Both the position numbers and the translations under genes were made by a program. A DNA stretch of 64,000 nt from a virus (taxonomy: Duplodnaviria > Caudoviricetes), in IMG/VR virus record IMGVR_UViG_3300023179_000070, positions 18,053-82,052 of that record; one strand, 5' to 3'. Under the pieces are notes generated by a model that saw only the letters and a program-made list of their open reading frames with translations, did no database searches and was not told the DNA's origin. Within the stretch, counting starts at the first letter, position 1, and each line of letters opens with the position of its first letter. This document shows positions 10,777 through 20,026 of the stretch, piece after piece.

Positions 10777-12696
10777 TTAATCCTTTATATTGAATTGTAT
10801 ATTAGTTTTACCATTATGTAAATAATCTAAAAATCTTTGTGTACCTACATGTGGTAAAAATGCTATTTCAAAATAACCTTTATGATCTTGAGATCCTTCT
10901 AGCCAAATTAATTGATCCATTTGAGGTATATAATTTAAAAGCCTATGAATATGAGGATTTCCATCTAATATTTCAAAATATTCCTGCTTTACAGCAACAT
11001 AAAGATTATATTCTGGATATTGTTTTTTAATATTTTCGAATAAAGAAGTAGATAAAAATATATCTCCTATGCTTTCTGGCATTACATATAAAATTCTTTT
11101 ACCTTTATCATTTTGATCTAATAAGTCTTCAAAATTAATTTTCTTTAATTTTTGATTTTCTTGTACGGCTACATTTCTAAAATAATTTTCAATGTCTTGT
11201 CTTTTAGCACCCTTTGATAATTCGTTCATCCAATATTTACAACCATCATCATTTTGATCAACCTCTTTCATTTTCAAAATATTATGATACATAAATAATA
11301 ACCATTCAATATTATTTGGAATTTCTGGAATTTGGAAATATGGATCTTTTTCTTCTTTGCTTTCTGAAATTTTTGACCAATCTATAAATTCTTTGCTATC
11401 AATAAATGATTCTATTTGTTTGCATATATTTTCTACACCAAAGTTTTTAATTGTCCATTCTCTAGCCTTTGCTCCCATTTCTTTTCTTTTTTGAATTGGC
11501 ATTTTATAAACAATATTTAAATTTTTTGCTATTGACTCTGGAGATGTTGAAGCTTTAATAAACTCTGTTCCATGTTCTCTATATTCTGACCACTCAAGAG
11601 ATAATGAATGAGCTTCTTTTTCGCACATTTCTTCTCCACAGCTATAATTTGTAACTAATGTAATAAGCTCTGTTAATTTTGCTTCTTGAATTGGTATTTC
11701 TTGTCCACCACTAGTAAATGGATGACAGTATATATCCATTAAATTATAAATTTCATTTAATTTTTCTTCTGATACTCCTAATCCAACGTTTGTAGTTATT
11801 TGAGTTTTTTGACTTTTACAAAATCTGCAATTTAAATCTTGACCACTAAAAGGTTTTACTTCATATTCTCCGCAATTTTTACATACATAAGTAGTTAATA
11901 TTTCTTGTGGATTTACTCCAATTTCACCAGCTAATTTATGTATGTTCCAACCTTCTCCCCAATGAGTATGGAGAAGAAGGTATGTATTTTTAATCTCTGG
12001 ATTTTGTTTTTTCCATAGCGCATATCCTTGAAGCAAATTAGGAACACTTTTTCTTAATTGATTTCTAAAAACAAAACCTATAACAAATGCATCTGGAGGT
12101 ATATTATTTCTTTTTCTAAGTTGATTTCTATCAAAATCAGAAAGTCTATAAAAATCTTTATTTTCTAATGCTCCATGAAGAGTTTTTACGTGAGGAAATC
12201 CAAGTTTATGCAAAGCTTTTGTAGCGAAATCACTCCAAATCCAATAATTTTTTACTTTTCTTGCCGCTTGTATTGCCGATTCAAGAATTGGTAAAGAATC
12301 TAATGTTGTCCATATAACAGAATTGATTTTATTAAACCAAGGCTTTTCTATTGCAAAATCTACTCCCCAAATATCTTGGACTGCAATATAAACATCTGGT
12401 TTTTCTTCATTAATTACCTTGTCTAAAAGATGTGCTCCATAACTAGCCATTCTAGCCAAGTGTGGATCTCTATTTAATTGATCTAATTCTTGTTGAGTAT
12501 TTGGTAAAGAGCCTACTGTTTTCCAAGGAGTTTTACCAAAATCTGGATGATTATAAGTCATCCCACATGCATAGTGTACAATATCGTATTTATTTTTTAA
12601 ATATAAATTTTTTAATATAGCTCTTGCACTTCTTCCAAAGCCTGTTTTAGCTAAAGAAAAATCAGTTTGTATTAAAATTTTCTTTTTTCGTTCCAT
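10777..12696 (-). CDS. GT4 glycosyltransferase fused to a GT9 N-terminal domain
   Basis: TGFGR, RNQLRKS, GGQEIPIQEA (GT-B); CxxC..CxxC insert; C-terminal ILYVMPESIGDIFLSTSLFENIKKQYP..ILDGNPHI. Confidence 0.78.
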   Translation of the reverse strand: MERKKKILIQTDFSLAKTGFGRSARAILKNLYLKNKYDIVHYACGMTYNHPDFGKTPWKTVGSLPNTQQELDQLNRDPHLARMASYGAHLLDKVINEEKPDVYIAVQDIWGVDFAIEKPWFNKINSVIWTTLDSLPILESAIQAARKVKNYWIWSDFATKALHKLGFPHVKTLHGALENKDFYRLSDFDRNQLRKRNNIPPDAFVIGFVFRNQLRKSVPNLLQGYALWKKQNPEIKNTYLLLHTHWGEGWNIHKLAGEIGVNPQEILTTYVCKNCGEYEVKPFSGQDLNCRFCKSQKTQITTNVGLGVSEEKLNEIYNLMDIYCHPFTSGGQEIPIQEAKLTELITLVTNYSCGEEMCEKEAHSLSLEWSEYREHGTEFIKASTSPESIAKNLNIVYKMPIQKRKEMGAKAREWTIKNFGVENICKQIESFIDSKEFIDWSKISESKEEKDPYFQIPEIPNNIEWLLFMYHNILKMKEVDQNDDGCKYWMNELSKGAKRQDIENYFRNVAVQENQKLKKINFEDLLDQNDKGKRILYVMPESIGDIFLSTSLFENIKKQYPEYNLYVAVKQEYFEILDGNPHIHRLLNYIPQMDQLIWLEGSQDHKGYFEIAFLPHVGTQRFLDYLHNGKTNIQFNIKD

Positions 12697-13238
12697 TACC
12701 AGAGTTCGCTGTCTTCTTGGTTATCAGGATTAACTTCTTTAGTATCTTTTGTTGAATTTTTAGCTTTTTTAATAGCTTCAATTCTTTGAGCTTCAAAAAC
12801 GGAATTTAAAGAGTAAGTTAAAAATTCTTTTAATAACCTAGCTTCGTTAAAATAAAATCCAATTAAATATGATTGTTTATTTTCAACATTTTGTTTATCT
12901 TCTTTATTGACGCTATATGAAAAACCTACTTGTTTTTCATCTTTAATATAAGGCGCAAGTTTAATTTTTGTAATTTGTTTTTCAGAAGTATGATATGCTG
13001 AAAACTCTACATTTCTTTCTAGAGCATCAAGAAGTCCAGCCGCTTCTGTAAGTGAAAATTTAACTTTAACACTTTTATTAGGGTTATTTTGATTTTCTGA
13101 AAAAGATCCGATTTTTTTAGCATCGTTCCAAGAACTTTGCTTAATTAATGATCCCCATACTGAATTATCTTTAGAATTTACGCTGAAACTACAAGCTGTG
13201 CCTGTATTTTTACTATTTGGTTTATAAAATGATATCAT
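12696..13238 (-). CDS. putative ssDNA-binding protein (Whirly/PC4-like)
   Basis: ISFYKPNSKNTGTACSF start, acidic tail ending DSELW; follows dnaE. Confidence 0.4.
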   Translation of the reverse strand: MISFYKPNSKNTGTACSFSVNSKDNSVWGSLIKQSSWNDAKKIGSFSENQNNPNKSVKVKFSLTEAAGLLDALERNVEFSAYHTSEKQITKIKLAPYIKDEKQVGFSYSVNKEDKQNVENKQSYLIGFYFNEARLLKEFLTYSLNSVFEAQRIEAIKKAKNSTKDTKEVNPDNQEDSELW

Positions 13239-13271
13239 ATTAATCTATGTTACTAATTATATTTAAAAATG

Positions 13272-15863
13272 TCAATTATTTTTATCTGTCTTTTTTAGAT
13301 CATTTAATTTCATATAAATTTGATGATCTTGAATAGCTATTAAGTCTCCAAATACGCAATCATCTCTTTTTGAACCTTTGCAAATAACTATATTTCCTTC
13401 TTCAAAAGTCCTGTTATTTAATAATTTATTATTTTCAATATTATCATTAAATATTAATACGCTAATTGATGATGTTTCGTCTGATATCTTTAATCTTACA
13501 TATCTAGTTTTCTTTTCATTTTTGGAAACGCCAGTAAATACTTCTTCAATTTGACCTACAAACGCTACTTTATTATTTATTGGTTCATCTATAATCTCGC
13601 AAATATATTTTAAATTTTCTCTTTTCTCTGAGAAGATTTCCTTAAGATCTTTATTATAAGTATATCCTAAAAGTTTCTTTTCGTAATACCAATTTGCAAA
13701 ACTTTCACTTTTGCTATTTTGATTATAAATTTGTAAATATGGATCATATTTACTTTTAATCGTTTTTAATCTTGTATCTTTGATTACTACATGATTTTTT
13801 TCATCAGTAAATTTATTTAAATGTTTAATAATCTTAATAAGATCATAATCAAATTTTTCTGCGAATGAAATTGCATATTTCTTTTCTTTAGCAGTTAAAA
13901 TATTCCATAGTTGGGCTTCTAATACGATTTTACTTCTAGATTGATTAAAACCACTTAATGCTCCAGCTTGTATAAGTGCAGATAATACTCCAATATTAAG
14001 ATCTGCTTCTTCTGCTGCTTGAAAAATTTCAAATTTATTGGAATACTTATTTCTAAAACTATTAAGTTTTTCAATTGATTTATCGCTAATACCTTTAATT
14101 GACAACAATCCAAATCGGATGTCTTTTTGTTCAATTGAAAAATCCATTTCAGATTTAATGATATGAGGAGGAAGTAATTGAATATTAAATTCATGCATTT
14201 CTTTTTGAATTTTAGAAATTTCACCAATTGGATCTGGTTCATTTCTGCTCATTTTTAAAAGAGATAAGAAGAATTGTTGTGGATAATTAAATTTTAGATA
14301 AATTGTAACTGCAGCTAAGGCTGCATATGCAAGCGAGTGAGATTTATTAAATGAATAATTTGCTGAATCTTCCATGATTTTCCATAGAATTTCTCCTACT
14401 TCTTTTGGTAGTTTATTTTGTTTTACTTTTTCTTGAATCTTCTTTTGCCATGCTTTGATTTCTTCGGTTTTCTTTTTACCTACGATTCTTCTTAAAATTT
14501 CTGCTTCATCAAGAGTGAACCCAATTTTATGCGCCATTTGCATAAGCTGTTCTTGGTAAAGCGCAACTCCACCAGTTTGCTTTAAAATATCATCAAAGAA
14601 TGGATGAATACTTTCATGTTCACCATAATTTGTATATTTAGCATATTTGTCTACGAATTGAAGTGCTCCAGGTCTAGCTAAAGCAAGAACTCCACTAAGT
14701 TCTTCTAGATTTTTCGGTTTTACTTTTTGGCATACTTTAAAATTTGTATCTGCTTCAATTTGAAATAGTCCATGAGGCGATTTTAATTCTTGTAAATTTC
14801 TATAAATAGATTCATGAGACAAATCAATATCTTGGACTTTGACACCAATACTTTTGCAAACGTCATCTACAACAGAAACACTTCTTAATCCAAGAATATC
14901 AAGTTTAATATTAAATAAACTAACCCAATTCATATCAAAACTTGAAACGGCTTCTTTATCACTTGAAAATTCAGTTGGACATACTTTTTCAAGGTTATTA
15001 TAAGATAAAAGAACTCCAGAAGGATGAACTCCTTTATTTTTAATTAAATCTCTAAGTTTTAAAGCAATTTCATAAACCTCTTTATTTTCATCGCACCATT
15101 CTTTAAATTTTTCAATTTCCTCGTAAGCAGTTGTAATATCTTTGACTTGACCGAATACCTTTGGAATAAGTGAGGAAATATTCGTCATTTCTTCTTCACT
15201 TTTTTCCCCTACAATCTTTCCGCACTCTTTAATAAGTAATTTTCCACTAAGAGTATTAAGAGTTAAAATTTTACTAGTTTTGCCTTTAAATTTAGTCTCA
15301 AGATATTCAAGTACTCTATGACGATTATAATAACAAATATCCAAATCAACGTCACACATTAATGAACCATCTAAATAGGTTATTCCATCTACAACTTGCT
15401 TTTTAGCTCGAATCTTGGATATAAATCTTTCAAAATAAAGGTTATATTTAACTGGATCAATTCTAGTTACTCCAATAAGATATAAAATTAATGATCCAGC
15501 AGCAGAACCTCTACCTAATCCAACTGGAATATCATGAGTTTTACAAAAGTTAATAACATCCCAAACTAGGAGGATGTAATCAATAAATCCAAGTTCTTTT
15601 AATGTTTCTAGCTCATATTTTGCTCGATCAATATATTTCTTATAATCTAAAGAATTTTTATGAATATTTAAATCTTTAAATCCATTTAAAGCTAAAGCTC
15701 TTAAAAAATCATAATTCGATACATCTTCGCTAACATTTAAATGTCTTTTCGATTCGGCATCAATCGTAAATTCTGGTAATCTAACACCATGCAGCCCAAG
15801 ATCAACGTCTTGAAATTTTGATGAAAATACTTTATCTTCTAAAATATTATTCATCATCTTCAT
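13272..15863 (-). CDS. dnaE: DNA polymerase III alpha catalytic subunit lacking the PHP domain
   Basis: GLGRGSAAGSL, FERF, DVDLD, GVHPSG, KLDILGL, YSFNKSHS, IRFGLLSIKG, C-terminal OB fold. Confidence 0.95.
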   Translation of the reverse strand: MKMMNNILEDKVFSSKFQDVDLGLHGVRLPEFTIDAESKRHLNVSEDVSNYDFLRALALNGFKDLNIHKNSLDYKKYIDRAKYELETLKELGFIDYILLVWDVINFCKTHDIPVGLGRGSAAGSLILYLIGVTRIDPVKYNLYFERFISKIRAKKQVVDGITYLDGSLMCDVDLDICYYNRHRVLEYLETKFKGKTSKILTLNTLSGKLLIKECGKIVGEKSEEEMTNISSLIPKVFGQVKDITTAYEEIEKFKEWCDENKEVYEIALKLRDLIKNKGVHPSGVLLSYNNLEKVCPTEFSSDKEAVSSFDMNWVSLFNIKLDILGLRSVSVVDDVCKSIGVKVQDIDLSHESIYRNLQELKSPHGLFQIEADTNFKVCQKVKPKNLEELSGVLALARPGALQFVDKYAKYTNYGEHESIHPFFDDILKQTGGVALYQEQLMQMAHKIGFTLDEAEILRRIVGKKKTEEIKAWQKKIQEKVKQNKLPKEVGEILWKIMEDSANYSFNKSHSLAYAALAAVTIYLKFNYPQQFFLSLLKMSRNEPDPIGEISKIQKEMHEFNIQLLPPHIIKSEMDFSIEQKDIRFGLLSIKGISDKSIEKLNSFRNKYSNKFEIFQAAEEADLNIGVLSALIQAGALSGFNQSRSKIVLEAQLWNILTAKEKKYAISFAEKFDYDLIKIIKHLNKFTDEKNHVVIKDTRLKTIKSKYDPYLQIYNQNSKSESFANWYYEKKLLGYTYNKDLKEIFSEKRENLKYICEIIDEPINNKVAFVGQIEEVFTGVSKNEKKTRYVRLKISDETSSISVLIFNDNIENNKLLNNRTFEEGNIVICKGSKRDDCVFGDLIAIQDHQIYMKLNDLKKTDKNN

Positions 15864-16065
15864 CCTTTTGATTTATTTTGTCAATTTCTTTATTAAATTC
15901 ATTTAATCCTGTTGAAAGAATTTTCATAGAAGCCTTATCCTTCAAAGAAAAGAAAACATCAGCTTTTCCAGTTTTCTTACCTTTTTGAATAGTAATAAGT
16001 AGATATTCTATACCAGAATCATCTAGATTTTGAAGCATATCATAAATATTATCTAATGATGCCAT
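15847..16065 (-). CDS. hypothetical protein
   Basis: 72 aa ORF tightly coupled within the polymerase operon. Confidence 0.65.
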   Translation of the reverse strand: MASLDNIYDMLQNLDDSGIEYLLITIQKGKKTGKADVFFSLKDKASMKILSTGLNEFNKEIDKINQKDEDDE

Positions 16066-16066
16066 A

Positions 16067-16705
16067 TTAAATTTCTACCTGCCATTTCAATTTATTCCAT
16101 ACTTTTAAATTTAAGTCAAGATCATTTATTGCATCATGTAGTTTATCATAATCATGTTCAATACCATTTTCTTTACCTAAAGCTGTTAAAGAACTTTTAA
16201 TACCTTTTTTTCTTGTATGAAAAATCTTGTATTGATATTCAATTAAACTTTCTTTTGCATTATATGGGCTTCCATATTTAATACCTCTGGCTATAGTGTT
16301 AGTATCAATAAATTTATTAATGAGGTGATGCCAATTACATCCCATATGCTTATAATATTCTTTAATTAAATAAATATCAAATCCAAGAGTATTATGACCT
16401 ACGATATAATCTGCATGATCTAACCAATCTTTAATAGTTGGAAATATTTCTTTAGGATCATGTCCTTCTTTTTGGACTTTTTTATGATCGTATCTTGTTA
16501 TTCTAGCTGCGTCTTGGCTAATTTTTAAATCTGTTTGCCATTTTAGATAAAAATTCTTTTCGTCAACTTTTTTATCACCTTGAACTTTAATCATAGCAAT
16601 TTGCCAAGGAATATTGTGACAGAAGTTAAGACAAAGATTAAATGTCTCGCAATCAATAAATACCAAAGTCTTTTTCTTGTTATATCTTAATAAATGCTCA
16701 TCCAT
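16067..16705 (-). CDS. DEDDh 3'-5' exonuclease (DnaQ/epsilon-like)
   Basis: IDCET, GHNTLGFD, HDAINDL. Confidence 0.88.
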   Translation of the reverse strand: MDEHLLRYNKKKTLVFIDCETFNLCLNFCHNIPWQIAMIKVQGDKKVDEKNFYLKWQTDLKISQDAARITRYDHKKVQKEGHDPKEIFPTIKDWLDHADYIVGHNTLGFDIYLIKEYYKHMGCNWHHLINKFIDTNTIARGIKYGSPYNAKESLIEYQYKIFHTRKKGIKSSLTALGKENGIEHDYDKLHDAINDLDLNLKVWNKLKWQVEI

Positions 16706-17451
16706 TATTTTGTTCCTAAATAACTTTCAAAAGAAAATTCATTACTAGACATATGCTCTAATTCTGGTTTATTTAAAATACTTCTATTATTTATACAACG
16801 GAATGTAAGATATGTTTTAAAATCTTTTCTTTTATTATAATAAATACTTTTAGTCTTGTAAAGTTCTAAATTATTTTCTTGAGCATATTTTTCAATTTTG
16901 TTTTTAACAATAAGATCAAATGGTAAATCATTATCTTCAATAAAGACTATAGGTTTTGTAAAATCAAATTGTGGAATACATATAAAGTTTTTTAAAGCAT
17001 TATTAAATATAAAAGAATCATAAAATGGAATACAAAGTAATAAATCATCTGTCCAGTTTTGTTTAATAGTTTCATAATCAAGCCTTGGTTCATAATAAAA
17101 ACCAGTTTTTGCTGCTGTACTAAATAATTTAGTTAAAAGCTCATGACCTTGTTTGTTTCTAAAAAATATAACTATTTTTGAATTTTTCTGGCGAGATTCA
17201 TCTGTTTTATCATTAATAGACTCCGTGACTGTAACTCTTAATCCATAATTTAACTTAATATTATTGTTTTTCGTGTTTGTATACGCCTCAAGAAAAGATG
17301 ACATATTATCTTCAACTAAAAATATCTCTTTAAGGTTATTTTGTTTGGCGATTTGAATTATAGAATCTGGATAATCATCTGCTTCATTTTTATCCTCAAG
17401 AGTCAAAATAGATCTACCTAATGAATAATGGGATTTAAATAATGGTATCAT
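16705..17451 (-). CDS. stand-alone PHP domain of DNA polymerase III alpha
   Basis: KSHYSLGRSIL, NIKLNYGL, GFYYEPRLD match the DnaE N-terminus. Confidence 0.85.
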   Translation of the reverse strand: MIPLFKSHYSLGRSILTLEDKNEADDYPDSIIQIAKQNNLKEIFLVEDNMSSFLEAYTNTKNNNIKLNYGLRVTVTESINDKTDESRQKNSKIVIFFRNKQGHELLTKLFSTAAKTGFYYEPRLDYETIKQNWTDDLLLCIPFYDSFIFNNALKNFICIPQFDFTKPIVFIEDNDLPFDLIVKNKIEKYAQENNLELYKTKSIYYNKRKDFKTYLTFRCINNRSILNKPELEHMSSNEFSFESYLGTK

Positions 17452-17483
17452 TATCTTTAATATAACAACTTTTTAAAAAGTAA

Positions 17484-18446
17484 TCAATCTAAAAATTCAT
17501 CTTTTGTTTCATCAAGAAAATCATCTTTTTTGATAGGTGTTTGAAATCTAGGACATCCTTCATATTGTCGAGTTTCTATTTTAAATCCTTTTATATCTTT
17601 AAAATTATCTTCTAAACTAGTTTCTATAATTTCATTTTTATCATTAAGCTTAACGTAATATGTATATGGATCTTTGTATGGACATTTCCATCCTCCGACT
17701 TGACACATCCATTTATTTTTTTGATTATCTATTGCAAAATTAGATCTAGCAGATTCTTCATTAAATTTATTGATATAATCATTAATATGTTCTAAATAAT
17801 GTTCAAATCCTTTAATTTGATTATCATCAAATGATAATTCTTGGATAGGTTGTTTTGGAAATCTAAGAAATAAGAATTTTACTATTGGTTTTAATTTTGG
17901 CCATAATTTTTTGCTAGCAAGACTATACATCATCGCTTGAATATTAGCTTCAAGGTCATCACCCCTAAACTTATATTTGGAGCTTTTGTAGTCAATTATA
18001 TGCATTTCTTTTTTAATTTTAATAGGTTTATCTATAAAACCCTTAATATGATATTTAGGTTCTTCATTTACAATATCAAAAGAATATTCTGGTTTAACTA
18101 TTTCGCCACCTTCACCAAAGAAATCATTTTTAAGCCCAACTAGTATCATATCATTTAATAATTTATAATTACTTTCATCTAATTTGACTTTTGCAGCTAA
18201 TTTTTTGACTAATCTTGAGACTCCTTTATCGCCATCTATAGAATTTTTCTTGATAATTCTTTTATAGTTTTTAAGATGTCTTTTATTTAATAATAATTCA
18301 AAAATAGTATGACAAATCGTACCACGATCACTTCCATCATTAGATCTTTGTGGAATTTTTAAATGATAATTTAACCAATATGTCCATGAACATGTTTCGA
18401 GAGTTTTTATTCTTGAAGCAGATAAAGTTTTATTTTGATGGGTCAT
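17484..18446 (-). CDS. PD-(D/E)XK nuclease (Cas4/RecB-like)
   Basis: LSASRIKTLETC, GTICH, GFIDK, IIDYKSS, QAMMY, C-terminal cysteines. Confidence 0.85.
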   Translation of the reverse strand: MTHQNKTLSASRIKTLETCSWTYWLNYHLKIPQRSNDGSDRGTICHTIFELLLNKRHLKNYKRIIKKNSIDGDKGVSRLVKKLAAKVKLDESNYKLLNDMILVGLKNDFFGEGGEIVKPEYSFDIVNEEPKYHIKGFIDKPIKIKKEMHIIDYKSSKYKFRGDDLEANIQAMMYSLASKKLWPKLKPIVKFLFLRFPKQPIQELSFDDNQIKGFEHYLEHINDYINKFNEESARSNFAIDNQKNKWMCQVGGWKCPYKDPYTYYVKLNDKNEIIETSLEDNFKDIKGFKIETRQYEGCPRFQTPIKKDDFLDETKDEFLD

Positions 18447-18476
18447 AAATTTTTTTTACCCTTTTTGCTCCACTAT

Positions 18477-19382
18477 TTAGAGATTGTTTTTCCATTGTAA
18501 AATTTCTTCTTTGTTCATTTCTCCAAAATCTTTTTTAGTTGGTAAAGCTATTTTTAATTGTTTATCATCAAAATATCTTTTTAATCTTGAATGAGTTTTT
18601 TCTGCGCCAATATTACCCGCGTTATTTTTATTTGAATCATTATTTAAACTAATATAAATTTTTTTAATATCAATTCTTAAAAGATAATTTAAAATACCCA
18701 AACTAAGACTTGTTCCAAATGTTACTAAAATATTTTTAATTCCAGCTTGATATAAACTCAACATATCGCCAATACTTTCTACAAGAATAATCTCTTTCTG
18801 AGATTGTATGGCTTCTGAATTTAAAAATAATGGATAAAGAAAATCACTTTTTTCTCCAAGATGTTTCCACTTAATTTTAGAAAGATTTGTAATATCTCTG
18901 CCAGAAAATCCTATAATATTATTTTTAATATCAAATATTGGGAAAACGTATCTGTTTTTCATTTTTCCAGCTTTTCCTACTCCACCTTTAAATTGATCAA
19001 GAGTCTCATTATTAATTCCTCTTTTATTCCAATATGAATTATCGTTTTCTAAATTAGATAAAAGATCCAAATCAAACTTCTTTGTTGATTTAAGAAGTGG
19101 TTTGGAAATTTCTTTAGGTTGATGAAATGCAAAATTTTTATCTTTTAACCATTCTTTAGCTTTATTCGGATCTTCTAGTTTTAATGTCATTCCCACTAAT
19201 GAACTAAAATCGCCACTAATATTTTCTTTAAAATCAAACCAATGACCAGTATCTTTATAAATTTTTAATACAGTGTCATTATCACTATCTCTATAAAGAG
19301 GTTTAGCTCTATACTCTTTTCCAAAATCTTTTAACTTATATCCTAAATCAGTTAAAATTTGATAAACATTTACTTGATCCAT
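18477..19382 (-). CDS. dnaG: DNA primase (TOPRIM)
   Basis: RYVFPIFD..IIGFSGR, ILVESIGDMLSL, LNND..G, KDFGE. Confidence 0.88.
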   Translation of the reverse strand: MDQVNVYQILTDLGYKLKDFGKEYRAKPLYRDSDNDTVLKIYKDTGHWFDFKENISGDFSSLVGMTLKLEDPNKAKEWLKDKNFAFHQPKEISKPLLKSTKKFDLDLLSNLENDNSYWNKRGINNETLDQFKGGVGKAGKMKNRYVFPIFDIKNNIIGFSGRDITNLSKIKWKHLGEKSDFLYPLFLNSEAIQSQKEIILVESIGDMLSLYQAGIKNILVTFGTSLSLGILNYLLRIDIKKIYISLNNDSNKNNAGNIGAEKTHSRLKRYFDDKQLKIALPTKKDFGEMNKEEILQWKNNL

Positions 19383-20026
19383 TCTAATGCCTCGCTTATT
19401 ATAGGAAATTCTTTAATAAAGATTTTTTTACATTTTTCAGCAATCATTCTATGTTCTTTTTGAGTATTTTGTTCGGTTCTCAATTCAATATAATGAATCC
19501 AACTTCTTAAAGATCCTTTCATATACATTGTAGTTTGAGTGCTCAAAGGTAATATCATTCTTGCTACTTCTTTTGCTACTCCATTTTCAATCATTGTATC
19601 ATAACAATGCTGTGAAAGCGATAAAGATTCTACTAGAAGTTCATTAATTTTATCATATGCATCAGTATTTGTAGGCATAAGTATCTCTCCTACTTGTCTA
19701 TTTTTATCTCCTTGCAAACGAAGCTCAACATCTTCAAATTCATTTGCAACACTATATCTTTGACTAAACTCTTGAAAGCTAAATGATCTATGCCTAAGAA
19801 TTTGCGCTGCAATTCCTCTGCTAGTTTTTATTTCAACGCACATATCAACAAGTTCAAATGGACTCCAATGCTTATGCTTGATTAAAAATTTTAATAATTT
19901 CGGAGCAGTTTCTACATTCATTTGATTAGATGGATTACTAACTCTAGCACAAAATGCTACTAAATCTTCTGGATTTTTAATTCCTTTAATTTCTGGTTTT
20001 GTAATTGATATTAAATCTACATTCAT
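19370..20026 (-). CDS. thyX: flavin-dependent thymidylate synthase
   Basis: HWSPFE, QILRHRSFSFQEFSQRY, EVARMILP. Confidence 0.95.
   Translation of the reverse strand: MNVDLISITKPEIKGIKNPEDLVAFCARVSNPSNQMNVETAPKLLKFLIKHKHWSPFELVDMCVEIKTSRGIAAQILRHRSFSFQEFSQRYSVANEFEDVELRLQGDKNRQVGEILMPTNTDAYDKINELLVESLSLSQHCYDTMIENGVAKEVARMILPLSTQTTMYMKGSLRSWIHYIELRTEQNTQKEHRMIAEKCKKIFIKEFPIISEALEWIK

Noticed and set aside
17484-18446. Cas4 as evidence of a CRISPR system
   Set aside because: A solo PD-(D/E)XK nuclease in a replication operon is common in phages; no array is present
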